From contig OZ024741.1 in NCBI GenBank assembly GCA_964016885.1, forward strand, positions 240,622,001-240,686,000: a DNA stretch of 64,000 nucleotides. The letters are read 5' to 3'. This document shows positions 25,002-38,200 of this stretch, piece by piece. A program made the position numbers and the translations under genes. This DNA comes from Eledone cirrhosa (Eukaryota). The stretch's first letter is position 1; each line of letters begins with the position of its first letter. A model generated the notes under the pieces. It ran no database searches. It was not told the origin of the DNA and saw only the letters and a list, made by a program, of their open reading frames with translations.

Positions 25002-25980
25002 TATGTGTGCGTGTGTGTGTTCTGATACTGTAGTGTTTGTAAAAAAAAAACATTATCTAATGATTTACATGATAAACAAGATTTTATTTTAATGCAGTTC
25101 TGAGTTCAAATCTTGCCAAAGTCAACTTTACTGTTTATCCTGGCACGATTAATAAAATGAGTCATGTACAGGGTCATTTAATTGACTCAGATGTGTGGCC
25201 TTGTGCCTATGATAGAACGCAATACGAAATGTAGAGGATAAATACAATGAACCAGCAACCAGCTGATTTGTGAACTGTATTACTTGTAGAACAATATGTA
25301 GTTTTAAATAACATCTTTCTACTCCTAGCAAACATTCAACCTGTTCAGAAATGTTCAGTTAGTTAACACACACAAACAATCATACATAGTAAGTTTTATC
25401 TAATAATATTAACCAACAGAGAAACTGGTAGAATTGTGGGAGCTGTATTGCTCTTTTAAAGTAGGCGTAGTTTATTACTACAAACAAACACACAGCTTTG
25501 ATGAGAAATCTACCATTAGAAACTCCATGCACAGACAAATAAACAATCATACTAACATTTTATTTAATAAAAAAAATGTAAAAGGGTACATAAAAACTGG
25601 TATAGTTATAAACTGTATTACTTATGAGACTTTGTGTAGCTTCAGAAAATGTTTTCACTACTCACAAACACTTAGCTTTGATCCCAAATGTATCATAAAC
25701 AACTACAGACAGACACACAGCCATAGCATTCAATACATACGCAATAACAAACACTTCTGTAACCTGTAGTAGTACATCAGTAACTATATATATCTACATA
25801 TATAGAGAAACACAGGCAGAAGTTATAAATTTATTGGTTGTTTTTTCTCATCAATCTATAATTTTATGCATGCATTTACAACATTGAAATATCAAAACTA
25901 AGATTATTATGCTTAATTGTTATGACATTTGGGAATTTAGATCTGTAGAAGTGATGTGTAGATTTATACATATATAAACA

Positions 25981-26024
<44 letters not shown>

Positions 26025-26191
26025 AAACTGTAACAGTGTATATGGAAAATTGCCAATGCTGTAATGAACAGATATCTCACTCAGATAAGGACAGTGTTCT
26101 GTGTGTGTGTGATAAACATGGAAATGAAAATATATACACATATTCATTTACACATTCACATAAGTAGACACACACATATATATATATATAT

Positions 26192-26277
<86 letters not shown>

Positions 26278-26574
26278 GGGTACAGAGAGATATTTGTGTG
26301 TTAATATATGTAGATTTCTAACTTTTTCTACATATATATATATGCTTGTGTGTGAGTGTGTATATGGGTTGGTTAGAAGAGGAAGGGCATCAACCATGAG
26401 CTTTTTCAGACCCTCTGTAACAGTTAGCATGAGAATATCCTCAAGTTGGAGACCTGGTGCAAATATTTGTGATAAATTGGACTCAACTAAAATATATGAG
26501 GGCCAGGTGGTGTTCTTAAACCAAACAACTGATTAAGTGTACCATTCAGAATATATATATATGAATATATATAT

Positions 26575-26829
26575 AATAAATGTAATCTGAGTTTTTCAAA
26601 TATTAATAATAACATTTGATTAATTTGCAATTATGCAAACAAGCCTCAATTATATAGCCGTGTCAGTAGAATGAACCCTTCATTCTTGCTCTTGTATGCC
26701 AACACACACAAGAGCAAGAATGAAGGGTTCATTCTACTGACATGGCTATAAAATTGAGGCTAGTTTACATAATTGCAAACGAATAGAATGTTATTATTAA
26801 TATTCGAAAAACTCAGATTACATTTATTG
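26575..26829. repeat. Fold-back element (~120-bp arms, short spacer) near (TA)n
   Basis: AATAAATGTAATCTGAGTTTTTC...CTTGCTCTTGT / ACAAGAGCAAG...GAAAAACTCAGATTACATTTATT. Confidence 0.8.
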
Positions 26830-27019
26830 TATTCAGCCATGTAGAGCAAAATTTTCTTTTATATATATATATATATATATCTATCTTATATATATATCTA
26901 ATATATATAGATATCTAGTATGCACCACTTAACCTCTATCCTCTCTCCCACACCCTAACACTCCACCCACATCCTAATCATCCCACCCTTCTCCCATGCT
27001 TTTACATCCCCCCCCCCAG

Positions 27020-27286
27020 TCCACATTTTAAAGTGATCGTTTTTGTGCCAACAACAAAAGACGCTCGGCCCACAGAGTAAAGTGACTGCGCTGGTATCAT
27101 GACAAAAAGTGTCCAGTCCACACTACGAAGTCGTTGGTATTAGGATGGGCATCCAGCTGTAGAAACCAAGCCAGAGACAGTGCTGTATGAGCAAGACATG
27201 GTCACATGACTTGACTTGCCTCAAATGAGACAACTCTTCTAACCCATGCTAGCAGGGAAAATAGACGTTAAATGATGATGATGATG
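27020..27286 (+). mobile_element. RTE 3' UTR fragment
   Basis: TAGGATGGGCATCCAGCTGTAG core and (GAT)n tail. Confidence 0.7.
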
Positions 27287-27643
27287 GTGTGTGTGTGTGT
27301 GTGTATTAAGTTGGATGATGTTTATATCATGATCTTCATCCTTTTGATACCCACTTTTCCATGCCGGTATGTATTCAATAGGACTTTTGGAGACAGTGGT
27401 CCAACAGATGCCCAACATGACAGAAACTCTTCTATTTGTACCTCATTTGATATCCAAGGACATGGGCTACCTATTTTAAAAATTGGGATACCTAAATATG
27501 TATATCTGCATAGATATGTATATATATGAATATATAAGTAAATATATATATATATACACACACAGACATCTATTTATATGTATATATATATGTGTGTGTG
27601 TGTGTGTGTGCGTGTGTGTGTGTGTATATATCGGTGCAGTTAT

Positions 27644-28340
27644 GTTGGTGACATGACAAAAGGCACTCACTCCACCCTGTAAAGTGGTCATGCCGGTCAC
27701 ACGATAAAAAGCACCCAGTACACCCTGTAAAGTGGTTGTGTTGGTGACATGACAAAAGGCACTCACTCCACCCTGTAAAGTGGTCATGCCGGTCATACGA
27801 TAAAAAGCACCCAGTACACCCTGTAAAGTGGTTGTGTTGGTGACATGACAAAAGGCACTCACTCCACCCTGTAAAGTGGTCATGCCGGTCACACGATAAA
27901 AAGCACCCAGTACACCCTGTAAAGTGGTTGTGTTGGTGACATGACAAAAGGCACTCACTCCACCCTGTAAAGTGGTCATGCCGGTCACACGATAAAAAGC
28001 ACCCAGTACACCCTGTAAAGTGGTTGTGTTGGTGACATGACAAAAGGCACTCACTCCACCCTGTAAAGTGGTCATGCCGGTCACACGATAAAAAGCACCC
28101 AGTACACCCTGTAAAGTGGTTGTGTTGGTGACATGACAAAAGGCACTCACTCCACCCTGTAAAATGGTCATGCCGGTCACACGATAAAAAGCACCCAGTA
28201 CACCCTGTAAAGTGGTTGTGTTGGTGACATGACAAAAGGCACTCACTCCACCCTGTAAAATAGTCATGCCGGTCACACGATAAAAAGCACCCAGTACACC
28301 CTGTAAAGTGGTTGTGTTGGTGACATGACAAAAAGCACCC
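27644..28340. repeat. 96-bp minisatellite (2 x 48-bp subunits, ~7 copies) inside an RTE-type 3' UTR that continues to 28517
   Basis: Period 96 (27644 to 27740); followed by TAGGAAGGACATCCAAC...(GAT)n. Confidence 0.92.
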
Positions 28341-28524
28341 CGGCTACGGTGTATATGTGGTTGGCATTAGGAAGGACATCCAACTGTTGAAACTAAACCA
28401 GAAACATTTCTGTGTGAGGAAGACATGATCATCTGATCTGACTTGTTTCATAAGGGGACAACTCGTCCTAGCCATGCCAACGTGATAAAATGGACATACA
28501 ACGGCGATGATGATGATATAAATG

Positions 28525-28759
28525 TACACGCACACGCACACACGCACACACATACACTCACACACACACACATACACACATATACACTCACACACACATA
28601 CATATATATGCATATATATATATACACACACACATATACATATATATACATATATATGCATATATATATACACACACACACACATACATATATATACATA
28701 TATATGCATATATATATATATACACACACACACATATACATATATATACTTATATATGC

Positions 28760-28790
<31 letters not shown>

Positions 28791-29456
28791 TATACATATA
28801 TATACATATATATGCATATATATATACACACACACATACACACATACATATATATACATATATATGCATATATATATATATACACACACACACATATACA
28901 TATATATACATATATATGCATATATATATATATATATACACACGCACACATACACACATACATATATATACATATATATGCATATATATATACACACACA
29001 CATACATATACATATATATACATATATATGCATATATATATATATACACACACACATACATAGATATACATATATATGCATATATATATATACACACACA
29101 CACACATACATATATATATACATATATATGAATATATATATATATGTATACACACACACACACACTCACATACATATATATATAATATACTGCATGACTT
29201 TTTCAATATATATAAACTCATACACAAACACACTCATTGTACTCATCCACAAGTATGCACAACAGTCTTACATCTCACTGTTTCATATACACACATACAT
29301 ATATACATACATACATATATACACACATACACACATCCACTCACACATATGAATACATACATACATTACAGAAGAAAACCACCGGCATAACAATGTGAAA
29401 GAATGTTAAACAATATAGTCAAGGTAAAGAGTTATCACTTAGACATTCACACTATT

Positions 29457-29490
<34 letters not shown>

Positions 29491-29518
29491 ATGTATATAT
29501 ATATATATATGTATATAG

Positions 29519-29564
<46 letters not shown>

Positions 29565-29719
29565 ATGTATATATATATATATATATAGGTGAGTGTGTGT
29601 ATATATATATATATATATGTGTGTGTATGTATATATATATATATGTGTGTGTTTGTAGATATTTATATACATATATGTATGTATATACATATATGTATGT
29701 ACATCCATATATGAATATG

Positions 29720-29776
<57 letters not shown>

Positions 29777-29995
29777 ATATGTATGTATATATGTATGTAT
29801 ATATACATATATGAATATGTATATGCATATATATATATATATGTATATGCATATATATATATATATATGTATGTATGTATATATACATATATGAATATGT
29901 ATATGTATGGACATACATATATGTATGTATGTATATATACGCACACACACATATATATATATATAAACACACACACATATATATATATATATAAA
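28525..29995. repeat. Compound (TA)/(CA)/(TG) microsatellite fields
   Basis: Seen directly. Confidence 0.95.
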
Positions 29996-30408
29996 CTCCC
30001 TCTGTGGTTAAGTATACCTTCAACACCACCTCAGCCACCACCAAACATTGTACCAAAACAACAGCTATGATAAAATCTTACCTTCTTCATACTATAATTG
30101 CCGGTATGTTAGTTCACTATAGAGTAAGAGAGCATGTAATGCCCTTCAGAGAGGCAGGCAGGCAAGCAGGCATCCCTGATGTGTGTATATGTATGGGATC
30201 ACTAGACTTTCCAGAAGTGACCATTCCGTCTTGTTTTTTTTAATTTTTATTTCCAGTTATTGTATGTTTCTAAGATCACATTATCTAGTGTGTCCATTCT
30301 GCTTTTCAAATCAGTAGTGTGTGATTTGAGGGAGATTTGGTTGCTACTTCTAGCCAGTTGATTGACCATGTAGATGGCTCCCACGTTGGCTCATAGTGAA
30401 AATGCCCA

Positions 30409-30455
<47 letters not shown>

Positions 30456-31554
30456 CTGTGTCCTGTGTGTATCTGTGTCCTGTGTGTATATTAGTATGCC
30501 TTTATGTCTATCCAATGTGAGTGTTTATGTATATCCAGTATGTGTGCTATAATGTGTGTTTGTGTGTGTGTGTGTGTGTATATCCAGTGTACTGTTGTTT
30601 ATCAGTCTATCTACTGCTGCAGTGTCACAATAACTGTGTGTTGTTGATGTATTAGAAATGTGGTTTATAGGAGGTTGAGAAGAAGAGGAAGGATGAGGAG
30701 GAGGTGGTGCAGAAAGCAGGCAGAGCAAGGATAGTTCTCTCTCTCCCTCTCTCTCTTTCTCACTAACTTTCTCTCACCTACTTTTCTCTCTCATTTTCTC
30801 CATGTTCCTTTCTCTTCTACCTATCTCTCCACATGCACACATATATACCCCCCCCCTCTCTCTCATTTGCTCCACATTTCTCTCTCTCCCTCTCTCTCTC
30901 TACCTGACTCTTTGCACACTTCTTACTTTCTCTCACACATACATACTTCTCTCTTTCTTTTTTTCCCATGCTTCTAGCTCTCCTCCATCTCTCTACATAC
31001 ACACAAACATACTCTCTCTTTCTCTCCCTGAACCTCACTCTCTTCTACATATCTCTTTTTCTCACTATTTTAATCTTTCTCTGTCTTTTTCTCACTCTAC
31101 ATACATGCACACTTCTCATTCTCTCTAAATATGTTACACCCTCCCTCATTACACCTCTCCTTCTGCCTCTCTACATCTTTCTCCCCCACCCTATTTCTCT
31201 CTACATACTAGGCACCCACCCTTCTAACACCTGACTTTCTCACTTTCTCCCTCTCCCTCTACATCTCTCCTCTCTCTCTACATCTCTTCCTCTCTCTAGA
31301 TCCCCCCCCCCCCCCCCACTCTCTCTCTACATCTCCCCCTCCACTCTCTCTCTACATCTCTCTCACTTGATCAATTCTCAATATTTTAGTCAGCTTTTAG
31401 ATTCCATAACATTGTTTTTGTTGTTGTTTGATATTAAACTATTGACAGTCATTTGTATATTGTTGTTACTGTTGTTGTTGTTGTGTTTGTTATATTTTCA
31501 ATTATATTTATTCCTATATAGTAAAAAAAAATTAGAGAAGGAATCTCAACCCCC

Positions 31555-32125
31555 ATGAGACTAGTGAAAGTAAATGCAGTAATCATGATCCATGTTTCAG
31601 AGCCTACATGATTTATGGGAGGGAGTAGAGTAGCCAGGATCCATGTTTCAGGGCCTCCATGGTTAGTGGGAGGAAGTGTAGTGATCATGGTCCATGTTTC
31701 AGGGCCTACATGACTGGTGGGAGGAAGTGCAGTAATCTTGATCCATGTTTCAGGGCCTACATGACTGGTGAGAAGAAGTGCAGTGATCATGATCCATGTT
31801 TGAGGGCATACAACATTGGTGGAAGGAAGTGCATTGCCATGATCCATGTTTCAGGGCCACTAAGTCTGGTAGGAGGAAGTGTAGTGATCATAATCCGTGT
31901 TTCAAGGCCTACAAGGTTGGTGGAAGGAAGTGCAGTGATCATAATCCATGTTTCAAGGCCTAGAAGGTTGGTGGCAGGAAGTGCAGTGATCATGATCCAT
32001 GTTTCAGGGCCAACAAGGCTAATGGCAGAAAGTGCAGTAGCCATGAACCATGTTTCCGTACCACTAAGACTGGTTAGAAGAAGGTAATTGGTCATGATCC
32101 ATGTTCCAGGGCCTCTAAGGCATGT
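31555..32125. repeat. Diverged 51-bp tandem repeat, ~11 copies
   Basis: GTGATCATGATCCATGTTTCAGGGCCTACATGACTGGTGGGAGGAAGTGCA-like units. Confidence 0.88.
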
Positions 32126-32249
32126 AGGAGGCAAAGGTGGAAGATATTCTCTGACTAGACCCCCAGGCCCCTAATACCTGAATCAGTGGACTTTATTAAA
32201 ATACTCATCAACTAGAAGGTGGTGTAATCTATTAACATTTATTTGTATA

Positions 32250-35200
32250 TTGATGATGTTGTTGTCATGGCTGTTGTTATTCCTGTTGTCGTTGTTGTAG
32301 TCCTTGCTGTTGTTATCATTGTTATTGTTGTTGTTATCAATGTTGCTCTTATTGCTCTTGTCAGTGCCGTTATCTTTGTTGTTGTTGTTGCCGGTGTTGT
32401 TGTCATTGCTGTTGTTGTTATTCCTGTTGTTGTTATTCCTGTTGTCATTGCTGTTGTTGTTATTATTCCTGCTGTCATTGCTGTTGTTGTTGTTATTCCT
32501 GTTGTCATTGCTGTTGTTGTTATTCCTGTTGTTGTTATTCCTGTTGTCATTGCTGTTGTTGTTATTCCTGTTGTCATTGCTGTTGTTGTTGTTATTCCTG
32601 TTGTCATTGCTGTTGTTGTTATTCCTGTTGTCATTGCTGTTGTTGTTATTCCTGTTGTCATTGCTGTTATTGTTGTTATTCCTGTTGTCATTGCTGTTAT
32701 TGTTATTATTCCTGCTGTCATTGCTGTTGTTGTTGTTATTCCTGTTGCCATTGCTGTTGTTGTTATTCCTGTTGTCATTGCTGCTGTTGTTATTCCTGTT
32801 GTTGTTATTCCTGTTGTCATTGCTGTTGTTATTATTCCTGCTGTCATTGCTGTTGTTGTTATTCCTGTTGTCATTGTTATTGTTGTTATTCCTGATCTCA
32901 TTGCTGTTGTTGTTATTCCTGTTGTCATTGCTGTTGTTGTTATTCCTGTTGTCATTGCTGTTGTTGTTATTACTGTTGTCATTGCTACTGTTGTTATTCC
33001 TGTTGTCATTGCTGTTGTTGTTATTCCTGTTGTCATTGCTGTTGTTGTTATTCCTGTTGTCATTGCTGTTGTGTTATTCCTGTTGTCATTGCTGCTGTTG
33101 TTATTCCTGTTGTCATTGTTGCTGTTGTTATTCCTGTTGTCATTGCTGTTGTTGTTATTCATGTTGTCATTGCTGTTGTTGTTATTCCTGTTGTCATTGC
33201 TGTTGTGTTATTCCTGTTGTCATTGCTGCTGTTGTTATTCCTGTTGTCATTGTTGCTGTTGTTATTCCTGTTGTCATTGCTATTGTTGTTATTCCTGTTG
33301 TCATTGTTGCTGTTGTTATTCCTGTTGTCATTGCTGTTGTTGTTATTCCTGATCTCATTGCTGTTGTTGTTATTCCTGTTGTCATTGCTGTTGCTGTTAT
33401 TCCTGTTGTAATTGCTATTGTTGTTATTCCTGTTTTCATTGCTGTTGTTGTTATTCCTGATCTCATTGCTGTTGTTGTTATTCCTGTTGTCATTGCTGTT
33501 GTTGTTATTACTGTTGTGATTGCTACTGTTGTTATTCCTGTTGTCATTGCTGTTGTTCTTATTCCTGTTGTCATTGCTGTTGTTGTTATTCCTGTTGTCA
33601 TTGCTGTTGTTGTTATTCCTGTTGTCATTGCTGCTGTTGTTATTCTTGTTGTCATTGTTGCTGTTGTTATTCCTGTTGTCATTGTTGTTGTTGTTATTCT
33701 TGATCTCCTTGCTGTTGTTGTTATTCCAGTTGTCATTGCTGTTGTTGTTATTCCAGTTGTCATTGCTGTTGTTGTTATTCCTGTTCTCATTGCTGTTGTT
33801 GTTATTCCTGTTCTCATTGCTGTTGTTGTTATTTCTTATCTCATTGCTGTTGTTGTTATTCCAGTTGTCATTGCTGTTGTTGTTGTTCCAGTTGTCATTG
33901 CTGCTGTTGTTATTCCTCATCTCATTGCTGTTGTTGTTATTCTTGTTGTCATTGCTGTTGTTGTTGTTCCTGATCTCATTGCTGTTGTTGTTGTTCCTGT
34001 TGTCATTGCTGTTGTTATTTCTGATCTCATTGTTGTTGTTGTTATTCCTGTTATCATTGCTGTTGTTGTTATTCTTGTTGTCATTGCTGTTGTTATTATT
34101 CCAGTTGTCATTGCTGTTGTTGTTATTCCTGTTGTTATTCATGTTGTCATTGCTGTTGTTGTTATTCCTGATCTCATTGCTGTTGTTGTTATTCCTGTTG
34201 TCATTGCTGTTGTTGTTAATCCTGTTGTCATTGCTTTTGTTGTTATTCCTGTTGTCATTGCTGTTGTTGTTATTCCTGTTGTCATTGTTGTTGTTGTTAT
34301 TCTTGATCTCATTGCTGTTGTTGTTGTTCCAGTTGTCATTGCTGTTGTTGTTATTTCTGTTGTCATTGCTGTTGTTGTAATTCCTGATCTCATTGCTGTT
34401 GTTGTTATTCCTGTTGTCATTGCTGTTGTTGTTATTCCTGTTGTCATTGTTGTTGTTGTTATTCTTGATCTCATTGCTGTTGTTCTTATTCCTGTTGTCA
34501 TTGCTGTTGTTGTTATTCCTGTTGTCATTGTTGTTGTTGTTATTCCTGATCTCATTGTTGCTGTTGTTATACCTGTTGTCATTGCTGTTGTTGTTATTCC
34601 TGTTGTCATTGCTGTTGTTGTTATCCCTGTTGTCATTGCTGTTGTTATTCCTGATCTCATTGTTGTTGTTGTTATTCCTGTTGTCATTGCTGTTGTTGTT
34701 ATTCCTGTTGTCATTGCTGTTGTTGTTATTCCTGTTGTCATTGCTGTTGTTGTAATTCCTGATCTCATTGCTCTTGTTGTTATTCCTGTTGTCATTGCTG
34801 TTGTTGTTATTCCTGTTGTCATTGCTATTCTTGTTATTCCTGTTGTCATTGCTGTTGGCGTTAATCCTGATCACATTGCTGTTGTTGTTATTCCTGTTGT
34901 CATTGCTGTTGTTGTTATTCCTGTTGTCATTGCTGTAGTTGTTATTCCTGTTGTCATTGCTGTTGGCGTTAATCCTGATCACATTGCTGTTGTTGTTATT
35001 CCTGTTGTCATTTCTGTTGTTGTTATTCCTGTTGTCATTGCTGTTGTTGTTATTCCTGTTGTTGTTATTCCTGTTGTCATTTCTGTTGTTGTTATTCCTG
35101 TTGTCATTGCTGTAGTTGTTATTCCTGTTGTCATTGCTGTTGTTGTTATTCCTGTTGTCATTGCTGTTGTTGTTATTCCTCTTGTCATTGCTGTTGTTGT

Positions 35201-38200
35201 TATTCCTGTTGTCATTCCTGTTGTCATTGCTGTTGTTATTCCTGCTGTCATTGCTGTTGTTGTTATTCCTGATCTCATTGCTGTTGTTGTTATTCCTGTT
35301 GTCATTGCTGTTGTTGTTCTTCCTGTTTTCATTGCTGTTGTTGTTATTCCTGATCTCATTGCTGCTGTTGTTATTCCTGTTGTCATTGCTGTAGTTGTTA
35401 TTCCTGTTGTCATTGCTGTTGTTGTTATTCCTGTTGTCATTGCTGTTGTTGTTAATACTGTTGTAATTGCTGTTGTTGTTATTCCTGTTGTCATTGCTGC
35501 TGTTGTTATTCCTGTTGTCATTGCTGTTGTTGTTATTCCTGTTGTCATTGCTGTTGTTGTTATTCCTGTTGTCATTGCTGTTGTTGTTATTCCTGTTGTC
35601 ATTGCTGTTGTTCTTAATACTGTTGTAATTGCTGTTGTTGTTATTCCTGTTGTCATTGCTGCTGTTGTTATTCCTGTTGTCATTGCTGTTGTTGTTATTC
35701 CTGTTGTCATTGCTGTTGTTGTTATTCCTGTTGTCATTGCTGTTGTTCTTAATACTGTTGTAATTGCTGCTGTTGTTATTCCTGTTGTCATTGCTGTTGT
35801 TGTTATTCCTGTTGTCATTGCTGCTGTTGTTATTCCTGTTGTCATTGCTGTTGTTTTTATTCCTGTTGTCATTGCTGTTGTTGATATTCCTGTTGTCATT
35901 GCTGTTGTTGTTATTCCTGATATCATTGCTGTTGTTGTTATTCCTGTTGTCATTGCTGTTGTTGTTAATCCTGTTGTCATTGCTGTTGTTGTTATTCCTG
36001 ATCTCATTGCTGTTGTTGTTATTCCTGTTGTCATTGCTGTTGTTGTTATTCCTGATCTCATTGCTGTTGTTGTTATTCCTGTTGTCATTGCTGTTGTTGT
36101 TCTTCCTGTTTTCATTGCTGTTGTTGTTATTCCTGATCTCATTGCTGCTGTTGTTATTCCTGTTGTCATTGCTGTTGTTGTTCTTCCTGTTGTTGTTATT
36201 CCTGTTGTCATTGCTGTTGTTGTTATTCCTGTTGTTGTTATTCCTGTTGTCATTGCTGCTGTTGTTATTCCTGTTGTCATTGCTGTTGTTGTTATTCCTG
36301 ATCTCATTGCTGCTGTTGTTATTCCTGTTGTCATTGCTGTTGTTGTTCTTCCTGTTTTCATTGCTGTTGTTATTATTCCTGATCTCATTGCTGTTGTTGT
36401 TATTCCTGTTTTCATTGCTGCTGTTGTTGTTGTTATTCCTGTTGTTGTTATTCCTGATCTAATTGCTGTTGTTGTTATTCCTGTTGTCATTGCTGTTGTT
36501 GTTATTCCTGTTGTCATTGCTATTGATGTTATACCTGTTGTCATTTCTGTTGTTGTTATTCCTGTTGTCATTTCTGTTGTTGTTATTCCTCATCTCATTG
36601 CTGTTGTTGTTATTCCTGTTGTCATTGCTGTTGTTGTTATTCCTGTTGTCATTGCTGTTGTTGTTATTCCTGTTGTCATTGCTGTTGTTGTTCTTCCTGT
36701 TTTCATTGCTGTTGTTGTTATTCCTGATCTCATTGCTGCTGTTGTTATTCCTGTTGTCATTGCTGTTGTTGTTCTTCCTGTTTTCATTGCTGTTGTTGTT
36801 ATTCCTGATCTCATTGCTGCTGTTGTTATTCCTGTTGTCATTGCTGTTGTTGTTCTTCCTGTTGTTGTTATTCCTGTTGTCATTGTTGTTGTTGTTATTC
36901 CTGTTGTCATTGCTGCTGTTGTTATTCCTGTTGTCATTGCGGTTGTTGTTCTTCCTGTTTTCATTGCTGTTGTTGTTATTCCTGATCTCATTGCTCCTGT
37001 TTTTATTCCTGTTGTCATTGCTGTTGTTGTTCTTCCTGTTGTTGTTATTCCTGTTGTCATTGCTGTTGTTGTTATTCCTGTTGTTGTTATTCCTGTTGTC
37101 ATTGCTGCTGTTGTTATTCCTGTTGTCATTGCTGTTGTTGTTATTCTTGATCTCCTTGCTGTTGTTGGTATTCCAGTTGTGATTGTAGTTGTTGTTGTTA
37201 TACCTGTTGCCATTGCTGTTTTTGTTATTCTTGATATCATTGCTGTTGTTGTTATTCCTGTTGTCATTGCTGTTGTTGTTATTCCTGTTGTTGTTGCTGT
37301 TGTTGTTATTCCTGATCTCATTGTTGCTGTTGTTATACCTGTTTTCATTGCTGTTGTTGTTATTCCTGTTGTCATTGCTGTTGTTGTTATCCCTGTTGTC
37401 ATTGCTGTTGTTATTCCTGATCTCATTGTTGTTGTTGTTATTCCTGTTGTCATTGCTGTTGTTGTTATTCCTGTTGTCATTGCTTTTGTTGTTATTCCTG
37501 TTGTCATTGCTGTTGTTGTAATTCCTGATCTCATTGCTCTTGTTGTTATTCCTGTTGCCATTGCTGTTGTTGTTATTCCTGTTGTCATTGCTGTTGTTGT
37601 TATTCCTGTTGTCATTGCTGTTGGCGTTAATCCTGATGACATTGCTGTTGTTGTTATTCCTGTTGTTGTTATTCCTGTTGTCATTGCTGTTGTTGTTATT
37701 CCTGTTGTCATTGCTGTTGTTGTTGTTATTCCTGTTGTCATTGCTGTTGTTGTTATTCCTGTTGTCATTGCTGTTGTTGTTATTCCTGTTGTCATTGCTG
37801 TTATTGTTGTTATTCCTGTTGTCATTGCTGTTATTGTTATTATTCCTGCTGTCATTGCTGTTGTTGTTGTTATTCCTGTTGCCATTGCTGTTGTTGTTAT
37901 TCCTGTTGTCATTGCTGCTGTTGTTATTCCTGTTGTTGTTATTCCTGTTGTCATTGCTGTTGTTATTATTCCTGCTGTCATTGCTGTTGTTGTTATTCCT
38001 GTTGTCATTGTTATTGTTGTTATTCCTGATCTCATTGCTGTTGTTGTTATTCCTGTTGTCATTGCTGTTGTTGTTATTCCTGTTGTCATTGCTGTTGTTG
38101 TTATTACTGTTGTCATTGCTACTGTTGTTATTCCTGTTGTCATTGCTGTTGTTGTTATTCCTGTTGTCATTGCTGTTGTTGTTATTCCTGTTGTCATTGC

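Noticed and set aside
27476-28331. Repetitive Cys/His-rich ORFs; array superficially CRISPR-like
   Set aside because: Units are identical with no unique spacers, derive from a LINE 3' UTR, and the context is eukaryotic with no cas genes
28344-30070. Many YI/CV/HT-rich ORFs here and throughout the window
   Set aside because: Translations of dinucleotide microsatellites
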